DNA of 32,000 nucleotides from Mycolicibacterium smegmatis (GTDB lineage Bacteria; Actinomycetota; Actinomycetes; Mycobacteriales; Mycobacteriaceae): NCBI RefSeq assembly GCF_001457595.1, contig NZ_LN831039.1, positions 6,060,001 to 6,092,000 of the forward strand, read 5' to 3'. Shown piece by piece: positions 11,891 to 19,612 of this stretch (position 1 is its first letter; each line of letters starts with the position of its first letter). The notes under the pieces were generated by a model. It saw only the letters and a program-made list of their open reading frames with translations, ran no database searches and was not told where the DNA came from. The position numbers and the translations under genes were made by a program.

Positions 11891-12796
11891 TCAGGCGCCG
11901 TACACCGGGACCGCGGGGCGGGCTTTGGCCAGCAGATCGGCGACGACGGGTCCGAGTTCGGCCGGATCCCAGCGCGCGCCCTTGTCGATCTCGGGGCCGT
12001 GCGCCCAACCCTCGGCGATGCGGATCTTGCCGCCCTCGACCTCGAACATCTTGCCGGTGACGTCGCGGGCCTCGGCGCTGCCCAGCCACACCACGATCGG
12101 CGAAATGTTCTCGGGCGCCATGGCGTCGAATTCCTGGTCTTGCGTGGCCATCATGTCGGCGAACACGGTCTCGGTCATGCGGGTGCGCGCCGACGGCGCG
12201 ATGGCGTTGACGGTGACGCCGTAGCGCCCCATCTCGGCGGCGGCGACGAGCGTCAGCGCCGCGATACCCGCCTTGGCCGCGCTGTAATTCGCCTGGCCGA
12301 CACTGCCCTGAAGTCCCGCACCGGAACTCGTGTTGATGATGCGCGCGTCCACGGTCTCGCCTGCCTTGGACTTGGCGCGCCAGTACGCCGCGGCGTGCTT
12401 CATGGTGGCGAAGTGGCCCTTGAGGTGCACGGCGACGACGGCGTCGAACTCCTCCTCGCTGGTGTTGGCGAACATCCGGTCGCGCACGATGCCGGCGTTG
12501 TTGACCAGGACGTCCAGACCGCCGAACGTGTCGACCGCGGTCTGGACGAGCGACTCGGCCTGTGCCCAGTCGGCGACGTTGGAGCCGTTGGCGACGGCTT
12601 CCCCACCGGCCGCGACGATTTCGTCGACCACGGTCTGCGCGGCGCTGCCACCGCTCGCGGGCGATCCGTCGAGGCCCACGCCGATGTCGTTGACCACCAC
12701 GCGTGCGCCTTCAGCGGCGAACGCGAGCGCGTGTGCGCGTCCGATGCCGCCACCGGCGCCGGTGACGATCACCACCCGGCCGTCGAGCAATCCCAT
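11891..12796 (-). CDS. Short-chain dehydrogenase/reductase (Rv3548c-like)
   Basis: 301 aa. The ATG at 12796 is preceded by GAAGGAGAA. The Rossmann motif VTGAGGGIGRA, NNAG, and catalytic Y-x-x-x-K (NYSAAKAG) are present. It is operonic with the upstream SDR. Confidence 0.9.
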   Translation of the reverse strand: MGLLDGRVVIVTGAGGGIGRAHALAFAAEGARVVVNDIGVGLDGSPASGGSAAQTVVDEIVAAGGEAVANGSNVADWAQAESLVQTAVDTFGGLDVLVNNAGIVRDRMFANTSEEEFDAVVAVHLKGHFATMKHAAAYWRAKSKAGETVDARIINTSSGAGLQGSVGQANYSAAKAGIAALTLVAAAEMGRYGVTVNAIAPSARTRMTETVFADMMATQDQEFDAMAPENISPIVVWLGSAEARDVTGKMFEVEGGKIRIAEGWAHGPEIDKGARWDPAELGPVVADLLAKARPAVPVYGA

Positions 12797-12811
12797 GTGC
12801 TTTTTCTCCTT

Positions 12812-13594
12812 CTATTTGAGTTCGGCGGTCGTCGTCGCCAGGTAGTGCGGCGGTTCGCCGCCGCCGTGCACCTCCAACGACGCGCCGCTGATGTAGGACG
12901 CCGCATCCGAGGCCAGAAACGCTGCGGCCCAGCCGATATCGGCAGGTTTGGCGAGACGCCCCAGCGGCACGTTCTTCGAGATGGCCGCGATCGAATCGGC
13001 GTCGCCGTAGAACAGCTCGGACTGCTCGGTCTCGACCATGCCCACCACCACCGAATTCACCCGCACCTTCGGCGCCCATTCGACGGCCAGGGTCTCGGTG
13101 AGATTGTCGACGCCGGCCTTGGCGGCGCCGTAGGCCGCCGTGCCCGGCGTGGGCCGCCGGCCGCTGACGCTGGAGATGTTGACGATCACTCCGCCGGTGT
13201 CCTGGTTCTGCATGACCGCGTTGGCGTGCTGCGAAACCGACAGCGGACCAAGCAGATTGAGCTCGATGATCTTGCTGCTGAACCGTGCCGAGGCCTCTGA
13301 GGCGGGCACGTAGGGCGACCCGCCCGCATTGTTGACCACCACGTCGATGCGACCGTGCTTCTCGACGATCGCGGTGATCAGCGCGGCCACGGACTCGTCG
13401 TCACGCACATCGCAGCTGTGGAACTCGTACGGCAGTCCTTCGACCGGGCGGCGGGCGCACGTCACGACGGTGGCACCCTGACCAGCGAAGACGGCGCTGA
13501 TCCCAGCGCCAACCCCTCGGACTCCGCCGGTCACCAGGACCACCTTGCCGGTCAAACCCAGATTGATCGCGCCGGCTTCTGGCATATCGGTCAC
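12812..13594 (-). CDS. Short-chain dehydrogenase/reductase (Rv3549c-like)
   Basis: Motifs VTGGVRGVGAG, NNAGG and YGAAKAG are present. I chose the GTG at 13594 as the start because TACGCT (TANNNT) lies exactly 6 nt upstream. kstR2 and fadE30 show the same leaderless geometry. The ATG at 13585 (MPEAGAINLG) is the alternative. The ORF-track start at 13702 would overlap echA20. Confidence 0.85.
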   Translation of the reverse strand: MTDMPEAGAINLGLTGKVVLVTGGVRGVGAGISAVFAGQGATVVTCARRPVEGLPYEFHSCDVRDDESVAALITAIVEKHGRIDVVVNNAGGSPYVPASEASARFSSKIIELNLLGPLSVSQHANAVMQNQDTGGVIVNISSVSGRRPTPGTAAYGAAKAGVDNLTETLAVEWAPKVRVNSVVVGMVETEQSELFYGDADSIAAISKNVPLGRLAKPADIGWAAAFLASDAASYISGASLEVHGGGEPPHYLATTTAELK

Positions 13595-13600
13595 TGTGCT

Positions 13601-13606
13601 AGCGTA
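13601..13606 (-). promoter_or_regulatory. Candidate -10 hexamer (leaderless SDR operon)
   Basis: The minus strand reads TACGCT-agcaca-GTG. The KstR2 operator starts 3 nt further upstream. Confidence 0.45.
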
Positions 13607-13609
13607 CCA

Positions 13610-13623
13610 AGCAAGTGCTTGCT
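13610..13623. promoter_or_regulatory. KstR2 operator (SDR / echA20 divergent region)
   Basis: agcaagtgcttgct is a perfect match to the published KstR2 palindrome AnCAAGnnCTTGnT. Confidence 0.85.
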
Positions 13624-13655
13624 TAGGTAGCCGACCAGGAACGATCAGGAATCCG

Positions 13656-14411
13656 ATGACGATCACATCCACCACCGTCGAACCGGGCATCGTCTCGGTC
13701 ACCGTGAACTACCCGCCGGTCAACGCCGTTCCGTCGCGTGGCTGGTTCGAACTCGCAGACGCGATCACCGCAGCGGGCCGCGACCCGCAGACGCACGTGG
13801 TGATCCTGCGCGCCGAGGGCCGCGGCTTCAACGCCGGCGTCGACATCAAGGAGATGCAGAACACCGAGGGCTTCACCGCACTCATCGACGCCAACCGCGG
13901 CTGCTTCGCGGCCTTCAAGGCGGTCTACGAATGCGAGGTGCCGGTGGTCACCGCGGTCAACGGCTTCTGCGTCGGCGGCGGCATCGGACTGGTCGGCAAC
14001 TCCGACGTGATCGTCGCGTCCGACGACGCCAAATTCGGTCTGCCCGAGGTTGAACGCGGTGCCCTGGGTGCTGCCACGCACCTCTCGCGTCTGGTACCGC
14101 AGCACATGATGCGACGTCTGTTCTTCACCGCGGCCACGGTCGACGCCGCGACGCTGCACCACTTCGGGTCTGTACACGAGGTCGTCCCGCGCGAGGACCT
14201 CGACGAGGCCGCGTTGCGCGTGGCCCGCGACATCGCCACCAAGGACACCCGCGTGATTCGCGCGGCCAAGGAAGCGCTCAACTTCATCGACGTGCAGCGC
14301 GTCAACGCCAGCTACCGCATGGAACAGGGCTTCACGTTCGAACTGAACCTGTCCGGCGTCTCCGACGAACACCGCGATGCGTTCGCCGGGACCGAGAAGA
14401 GGGCCAAATGA
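13656..14411 (+). CDS. echA20: Enoyl-CoA hydratase/crotonase EchA20 (HIP ring degradation)
   Basis: 251 aa from the ATG at 13656 (AGGAA lies 4 nt upstream). The crotonase signature is VVILRAEGRGFNAGVDIKEM...VNGFCVGGGIGLVGNSD. ATGA overlap with ipdA. Confidence 0.92.
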   Translation: MTITSTTVEPGIVSVTVNYPPVNAVPSRGWFELADAITAAGRDPQTHVVILRAEGRGFNAGVDIKEMQNTEGFTALIDANRGCFAAFKAVYECEVPVVTAVNGFCVGGGIGLVGNSDVIVASDDAKFGLPEVERGALGAATHLSRLVPQHMMRRLFFTAATVDAATLHHFGSVHEVVPREDLDEAALRVARDIATKDTRVIRAAKEALNFIDVQRVNASYRMEQGFTFELNLSGVSDEHRDAFAGTEKRAK

Positions 14412-15295
14412 CCGACAAGAGGACAACTTTGGACGACGCCGTCTCGTCTATCGAGAGCGGCATGACCATCGGCATCGGCGGCTGGGGTTCGCGCCGCAAG
14501 CCCATGGCCTTCGTACGCGCGCTGCTGCGCACCGACGTCACCGACCTGACCGTCGTCACCTACGGCGGCCCGGACCTCGGACTGCTGTGCTCGGCAGGCA
14601 AGGTCAAGCGGGTCTACTACGGCTTCGTCTCACTGGATTCCCCGCCGTTCTACGACCCGTGGTTCGCCAAGGCCCGCACCAGCGGTGCGATCGAGGCCCG
14701 CGAGATGGACGAGGGCATGCTGCGCTGCGGTCTGCAGGCCGCCGCCCAGCGGTTGCCGTTCCTGCCGATCCGCGCCGGCCTGGGCAGCGACGTGCGTAGC
14801 TTCTGGGGCAACGAACTCAAGACGGTGAAATCGCCCTACCCGACGGGCGATGGCTACGAGGAGCTCATCGCCATGCCCGCGCTGAACCTGGACGCGGCGT
14901 TCGTGCACATGAATCTCGGTGACGCCAAGGGCAATGCCGCGTACACCGGCATCGACCCGTACTTCGACGACCTGTTCCTGATGGCCGCGCAGAAGCGGTT
15001 CCTGTCCGTCGAGCGCGTGGTTCCCACCGACGAACTGGTCAAGGCCGTGCCGCCGCAGGCCCTGCTGATCAACCGCATGATGGTCGACACCGTGGTCGAG
15101 GCGCCCAACGGTGCCCACTTCACCACGGCCGAACCGGATTACCGTCGCGACGAGAAGTTCCAGCGTCACTACGCCGAGGCCGCGGGTTCCGAGGAGACGT
15201 GGGCCGAGTTCGTCAATACGTACCTGTCGGGCAGTGAGGCGGACTACCAGGCTGCGGTGCGCAAGTTCGCAGAGGCGCAGAAGGAGGCCAAGTGA
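14408..15295 (+). CDS. ipdA: CoA-transferase-family alpha subunit IpdA (steroid ring-opening hydrolase)
   Basis: 295 aa. SGMTIGIGGWGSRRKPMAFVRALL is typical of the N-terminus of glutaconate/3-oxoacid CoA-transferase subunit A. Syntenic with Rv3551. Confidence 0.92.
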   Translation: MTDKRTTLDDAVSSIESGMTIGIGGWGSRRKPMAFVRALLRTDVTDLTVVTYGGPDLGLLCSAGKVKRVYYGFVSLDSPPFYDPWFAKARTSGAIEAREMDEGMLRCGLQAAAQRLPFLPIRAGLGSDVRSFWGNELKTVKSPYPTGDGYEELIAMPALNLDAAFVHMNLGDAKGNAAYTGIDPYFDDLFLMAAQKRFLSVERVVPTDELVKAVPPQALLINRMMVDTVVEAPNGAHFTTAEPDYRRDEKFQRHYAEAAGSEETWAEFVNTYLSGSEADYQAAVRKFAEAQKEAK

Positions 15296-16041
15296 TGTCG
15301 GTGACCCGTGCAGAGGTGTGCGCCGTCGCGTGCGCCGAATTGTTCCGTGACGCAGGCGAGATCATGGTGAGCCCGATGACCACCATCGTGTCGATCGGGG
15401 CGCGCCTGGCCCGGCTGACGTTCTCCCCCGACATCCTGCTCACCGACGGGGAGGCCCGCCTGATCGCCGACACCCCGGCCATCGGCGCGCCCGCCGAGAT
15501 CGAGGGCTGGATGCCGTTCGGGCGCGTGTTCGAGACCCTGTCGTGGGGCCGACGTCACGTGGTGATGGGGGCCAACCAGATCGATCGCTACGGCAACCAG
15601 AACCTCTCGGCGTTCGGCCCGCTGCAGCACCCGACGCGCCAGATGTTCGGCGTGCGGGGCGCACCGGGCAACACGATCAACCACGCCACCAGTTACTGGG
15701 TGGGCAACCACTCCAAGCGCGTGTTCGGCGAGTCCGTCGACGTGGTCTCCGGAATCGGCTGGGACAAGGTCGATCCCGATAACCCGGCGTACCGGTTCGT
15801 CAACATCTACCGCGTCGTGACCAACCTCGGTGTGTTCGACTTCAACGGGCCCGACCACCAGATGCGCGCGGTGTCGCTGCATCCCGGCATCGAGGCCGAT
15901 CAGGTCGCCGACAACACCTCGTTCGAGGTGCACGGGCTCGACACCGCCGAGACGACGCGGCTGCCCAGCGAGGACGAGCTCAAGCTGCTGCGCGAGGTGA
16001 TCGATCCGAAGTCGCTGCGCGACAAGGAAGTCAAGCTGTGA
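15295..16041 (+). CDS. ipdB: CoA-transferase-family beta subunit IpdB
   Basis: The ATG at 15295 overlaps the ipdA TGA (TGATG); the GTG at 15292 is an alternative. Product is 248 aa. Syntenic with Rv3552. Confidence 0.9.
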   Translation: MSVTRAEVCAVACAELFRDAGEIMVSPMTTIVSIGARLARLTFSPDILLTDGEARLIADTPAIGAPAEIEGWMPFGRVFETLSWGRRHVVMGANQIDRYGNQNLSAFGPLQHPTRQMFGVRGAPGNTINHATSYWVGNHSKRVFGESVDVVSGIGWDKVDPDNPAYRFVNIYRVVTNLGVFDFNGPDHQMRAVSLHPGIEADQVADNTSFEVHGLDTAETTRLPSEDELKLLREVIDPKSLRDKEVKL

Positions 16042-17114
16042 GCAGGCTCAAGACCCCGCTGACCGAGCTGGTCGGCATCGAGCATCCCGTCGTCCAGACC
16101 GGTATGGGCTGGGTCGCCGGGGCGCGACTGGTGTCCGCGACCTCCAACGCGGGCGGCCTCGGCATCCTGGCGTCGGCGACCATGACACTCGACGAGCTCA
16201 AGACGGCCGTCGCCAAGGTGAAGGCCGCCACCGACAAACCCTTCGGCATCAACATCCGTGCCGACGCCGGCGACGCCAACGAACGCGTCGACCTCCTGAT
16301 CAGCGAAGGAGTCAAAGTCGCCTCCTTCGCCCTGGCTCCCAAACCGGATCTGATCGCCAAGCTCAAAGAAGCAGGCGTGGTGGTCATTCCGTCCGTCGGG
16401 CTGGCCAAGCACGCCAAGAAAGTTGCGAGCTGGGGCGCCGATGCGGTGATCGTGCAGGGCGGTGAGGGCGGTGGGCACACCGGCCCCATCGCCACCACGC
16501 TGCTGCTGCCGTCGGTCCTCGACGCCGTCGCCGACACCGGGATGCCGGTGATCGCCGCGGGCGGTTTCTTCGACGGGCGTGGTCTGGCCGCGGCGCTGTC
16601 CTACGGCGCGGCGGGGGTGGCCATGGGCACCCGTTTCCTGTTGACCTCGGATTCCACCGTGCCCGACGCGGTCAAGCAGCGGTATCTGCAGGCCGCGCTC
16701 GACGGCACGGTCGTCTCGACCCGTGTGGACGGTATGCCGCACCGGGTGCTGCGCACGGGTCTGGTGGAGAAGCTGGAGAGTGGTTCGCGGGTGCGCGGTT
16801 TCGCCGCCGCGGTGGGCAACGCGCAGAAGTTCAAGAAGATGTCGGGCATGACGTGGCGGTCGATGATCAAAGACGGCCTCGCGATGCGTCACGGCAAGGA
16901 ACTCACGTGGTCGCAGGTGGTGATGGCGGCCAACACCCCGATGCTGCTCAAAGCCGGTCTGGTCGAGGGCAACACCGACGCGGGTGTGCTGGCATCCGGG
17001 CAGGTCACGGGCATCATCGACGATCTGCCGTCGTGCGCCGAGCTGGTTCCTGCGATCGTCGCCGACGCCGTGGAGCACCTGAATAAAGCGTCATCCTTCA
17101 TCCAGGAGAAATGA
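16038..17114 (+). CDS. ipdC: Nitronate monooxygenase/enoyl-reductase-family flavoprotein IpdC
   Basis: 358 aa. The GTG at 16038 overlaps the ipdB stop (GTGA). HPVVQTGMGWVAG...GADAVIVQGGEGGGHTG...AAGGFFDGRGLAAALSYGAAGVAMGTRF is the NMO/2-nitropropane dioxygenase TIM-barrel signature. Syntenic with Rv3553. Confidence 0.9.
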   Translation: MSRLKTPLTELVGIEHPVVQTGMGWVAGARLVSATSNAGGLGILASATMTLDELKTAVAKVKAATDKPFGINIRADAGDANERVDLLISEGVKVASFALAPKPDLIAKLKEAGVVVIPSVGLAKHAKKVASWGADAVIVQGGEGGGHTGPIATTLLLPSVLDAVADTGMPVIAAGGFFDGRGLAAALSYGAAGVAMGTRFLLTSDSTVPDAVKQRYLQAALDGTVVSTRVDGMPHRVLRTGLVEKLESGSRVRGFAAAVGNAQKFKKMSGMTWRSMIKDGLAMRHGKELTWSQVVMAANTPMLLKAGLVEGNTDAGVLASGQVTGIIDDLPSCAELVPAIVADAVEHLNKASSFIQEK

Positions 17115-17145
17115 AGTATATGTCTTAACTCTGCCATGATGAAGC

Positions 17146-17151
17146 TATAGT
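17146..17151 (+). promoter_or_regulatory. Candidate -10 hexamer for a leaderless SatD-like transcript
   Basis: TATAGT lies in a 43-nt AT-rich gap, exactly 6 nt upstream of the ATG at 17158. No SD is present. Confidence 0.5.
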
Positions 17152-17157
17152 ATTCAC

Positions 17158-17796
17158 ATGGCAGAGCAAGGTTCACTGCGCGCCACCCTCATCGGGGACG
17201 TCGTCGGATCGCGTAGCGCGACCGACCGGCGCGCGCTGCACCGCGACCTCAACGCCGCACTCGCCGCCGTGGCCGGCCACGCGATCGACCCACCCGCCTT
17301 CACCGTCGGCGACGAATTCCAGGGCAGCTACCGCCGCGTCGGCGACGCGCTCACAGCAGCCTGGGCCATCCGCTTGGCGGTCGCCCCCGGGATCGACGTG
17401 CGGTTCGGCATCGGTTGGGGCGCGGTGAGCGTGCTCGACGAGGCCACGGGCATCCAGGACGGTCCGGGGTGGTGGGCTGCCAGGGAGGCGATCGAGTGGA
17501 CCGCCGAGGCACAACGCCAGCCCGGCCTGGCGCTGGTCCGCATCACCTACCGCAGATCCGCCGACACGGGCCCGGCCCCCGAGGCCGTCAACGCGGCCCT
17601 GATGTGTCGGGACCACATGTTTGGATCACTCGATGAACGGTCCATCCGCATCCTGAGGGGTCTCATGTCCAACCAGCCGAAGAAGGATCTCGCCGCCGCC
17701 GAGCAGATCAGCGCGTCGGCGGTGTCCCAGCGCGCCGGTCGCGACGGCCTGGACCTCATCGTGCTTGCGTCGCAGTATCTTTCGGAGATCACATGA
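17158..17796 (+). CDS. SatD-like protein: nucleotidyl-cyclase/GGDEF-palm-like N-domain + C-terminal HTH
   Basis: 212 aa. LIGDVVGSRS (residues 11-20) and FTVGDEFQGSY (residues 48-58) mimic the two metal-Asp strands of class III cyclases/GGDEF (F-x-D-I-V-G-F-T and T-I-G-D-x-x). The C-terminal KKDLAAAEQISASAVSQRAGRDGLDLI is HTH-like. The family name (SatD, PF16264) is from memory. Confidence 0.7.
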   Translation: MAEQGSLRATLIGDVVGSRSATDRRALHRDLNAALAAVAGHAIDPPAFTVGDEFQGSYRRVGDALTAAWAIRLAVAPGIDVRFGIGWGAVSVLDEATGIQDGPGWWAAREAIEWTAEAQRQPGLALVRITYRRSADTGPAPEAVNAALMCRDHMFGSLDERSIRILRGLMSNQPKKDLAAAEQISASAVSQRAGRDGLDLIVLASQYLSEIT

Positions 17797-18539
17797 GCAT
17801 GCTGGCGATGTTCCTCATCGCCATCGGTCTCGGTGACGTGATGCGGCGGTTCATCGGCACCCGATGGGTTCCGCCGGTGCTCGCGGTCGTGGTTCTCGTG
17901 GTGGGCTCGCTGCTCGCCGGACTGTGGCACCTCGGCGACCTGCCGTTGCTCGTCATCGCGTCGGTCGCGGTGGTCGGCTGGAACGTGGCGTGCGAGCGCA
18001 CCGAGGTCACCGGCACACGTCAGGGCATACCGCTGGTGATCATCGGCGGGGCGGTGACGGCCCTGATCTTGTTGTCGGGCTGGGCATCCGACGTCGGCGG
18101 CGCAGTGGGGCGCTGGGTGGCGTGGGCCGAGCTGCCCGAGAGCGTGTCGGCCGGGCGGGTGCTCATGGTGCTCGGCGTCATGCTCGTGCAGCTCACCACG
18201 GCCAACCACGTCGTGCGCCTGGTGCTCGGATCGGTCGGCGCGGTGAAGCCCGCGGGTCAGCCGCAGGCGTCCGATCGGCTCAAGGGTGGCCGGCTGCTCG
18301 GCCCGATGGAGCGCCTGCTGATCGTCGGGCTCGGCCTGGCGGGTCAGCTCACCATGGCCTCGGCCGTCGTCGCCGCCAAGAGCGTCATCCGCTTCCCCGA
18401 GATCAACGCGACGCGCAACCACGACGAGCAAGACACGGACCACGTCGGCATCGACGAGGTCGTCGAGTACTTCCTCGTCGGCTCGTTCGCCAGCTGGATC
18501 TTCGCGTTCGCGAGCCTGGCCCTCGTCGCCGCAGCGTGA
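17793..18539 (+). CDS. Polytopic membrane protein (about 6-7 TM), partner of the SatD-like gene
   Basis: 248 aa. Its ATG at 17793 overlaps the upstream stop (ATGA). Hydrophobic segments are spread over the whole length. A conserved-looking loop reads KGGRLLGPMERLLIVGLGL. I recognised no enzymatic motif. Confidence 0.7.
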   Translation: MSMLAMFLIAIGLGDVMRRFIGTRWVPPVLAVVVLVVGSLLAGLWHLGDLPLLVIASVAVVGWNVACERTEVTGTRQGIPLVIIGGAVTALILLSGWASDVGGAVGRWVAWAELPESVSAGRVLMVLGVMLVQLTTANHVVRLVLGSVGAVKPAGQPQASDRLKGGRLLGPMERLLIVGLGLAGQLTMASAVVAAKSVIRFPEINATRNHDEQDTDHVGIDEVVEYFLVGSFASWIFAFASLALVAAA

Positions 18540-18546
18540 CCGGACG

Positions 18547-19524
18547 TCACGTGGAGTACCAGTCGGGCAACTCTTGCGGGCGCAGATCGGTGTCGTCGCG
18601 CGGCCGGGTGAGCGTGAGCAGGGCACGCACGATCGTCGGTCGGCGCTGCAACATGTCGGCCACGGCGTTGAGCCGCGCCGCGACATCGGACTCGACCGCG
18701 TCCCCGGTCAGGTCGACCGCAGCGACGACGTAGATCCGATCCGCGCCGACCCACTCGGTGTGCAGATAGCTGATCCGCTCGATGTCGGGATGGTCGCGTA
18801 GGTCTTGCAGGATGATGTTGCGCGCCAGCGGTGTCACGGCCTCACCGGTGAGGAAATCCATGTTGCGTTCGATCAGGAACAGCGCCACGCACCCGAGAAG
18901 CACGCCGACCAGGATCGAGCCGACGGCATCCCACACGGCGTCCCCGGTGATCTGGTGAGCGAGGATGCCCGCGGCGGCGATGACGATGCCGATCAGCGCC
19001 GAGAGATCCTCGACGAACACGGCCCGCAGCATCGGGTTCGACGTGAGACGGATGTAACGCAGCGGGCTGATGCGCCGACGTACGGCGCCGGGTCTGGTCT
19101 GGCGCAACGCCTGTAGGAACGACGTACCTTCCAGGACGAACGCGATCGCCAGCACGGTGTAGGCCCATTTGTAGGACGTCGGCTCGGCTTCCCCGCCCAA
19201 CGACTGGATGCCGTGCCAGATCGACACCACCGCGCCCACCGTGAACAAACCGAAGGCCGCGAACATCGACCAGATGTATCCGGTGCGCCCGTACCCCAGG
19301 CGGTGTTCGTCGTCGGCAGGCTTCGCCGACATCCGGGTTCCGATCAGCAGGAAAACCTCATTGCCCGTATCGGCCCACGAATGCGCGGCTTCGGCGAGCA
19401 TCGACGCCGATCCCGTCACGGCTGCGACGACGCTCTTGGCGAGCGCGATGAGAGCGTTGGCCACGAGGGCCACCAGCACCGTCAGAAAGCTTTCATCACG
19501 CGCCGGTTCGCGGCCCTGAGCCAT
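18547..19524 (-). CDS. Cation diffusion facilitator (CDF) family metal efflux transporter
   Basis: 325 aa. TM2 reads [18 protein letters not shown] and TM5 reads [11 protein letters not shown], the positions of CDF metal-site motifs. The C-terminal cytoplasmic domain reads [22 protein letters not shown]. Convergent with the membrane-protein gene across a 7-nt gap. Confidence 0.88.
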   Translation of the reverse strand: MAQGREPARDESFLTVLVALVANALIALAKSVVAAVTGSASMLAEAAHSWADTGNEVFLLIGTRMSAKPADDEHRLGYGRTGYIWSMFAAFGLFTVGAVVSIWHGIQSLGGEAEPTSYKWAYTVLAIAFVLEGTSFLQALRQTRPGAVRRRISPLRYIRLTSNPMLRAVFVEDLSALIGIVIAAAGILAHQITGDAVWDAVGSILVGVLLGCVALFLIERNMDFLTGEAVTPLARNIILQDLRDHPDIERISYLHTEWVGADRIYVVAAVDLTGDAVESDVAARLNAVADMLQRRPTIVRALLTLTRPRDDTDLRPQELPDWYST

Positions 19525-19538
19525 ACCTCCACACTCAC

Positions 19539-19610
19539 CCTTCGCGTCGGCAGACGCAAAACTGCCTGATCCCAGGGGAAATCAGGCAGTTTTGCGTCTG
19601 CTCGCGAAGG
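19539..19610 (-). terminator. Long hairpin downstream of fadA6 (I-shaped terminator/attenuator candidate)
   Basis: ccttcgcgtcggcagacgcaaaactgcctgat-cccaggggaa-atcaggcagttttgcgtctgctcgcgaagg forms a ~29-bp stem with one small bulge and a 10-nt loop. It begins 3 nt after the fadA6 stop and ends 15 nt before the CDF start codon. Confidence 0.65.
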
Positions 19611-19612
19611 AA

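Noticed and set aside
11870-13300. 476-aa plus-strand ORF
   Set aside because: It is antisense to the two SDR genes, which have Rossmann and YxxxK motifs. Its composition is Arg/Gly/Asp/His-rich.
13610-13655. A plus-strand -10 box for echA20
   Set aside because: No hexamer fitting TANNNT at a sensible distance could be picked unambiguously (TAGGTA and TTAGGT do not fit), so I made no call.
15900-17078. 392-aa minus-strand ORF
   Set aside because: It is antisense to ipdC, whose NMO TIM-barrel signature is clear, and it has no motif of its own.
18532-18552. 6-bp inverted repeat cgtgac-cggac-gtcacg covering the two convergent stop codons
   Set aside because: The stem is too short to be meaningful on its own. 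It is probably a by-product of TGAC/GTCA around the stops.
17547-18686. 379-aa minus-strand ORF, plus the 289-aa plus-strand ORF at 17864-18733
   Set aside because: They overlap the SatD-like and membrane-protein genes in antisense or alternative frames. The translations are Arg/Asp/His/Pro-rich. The chosen frames show coherent domain or TM organisation and an ATGA coupling.
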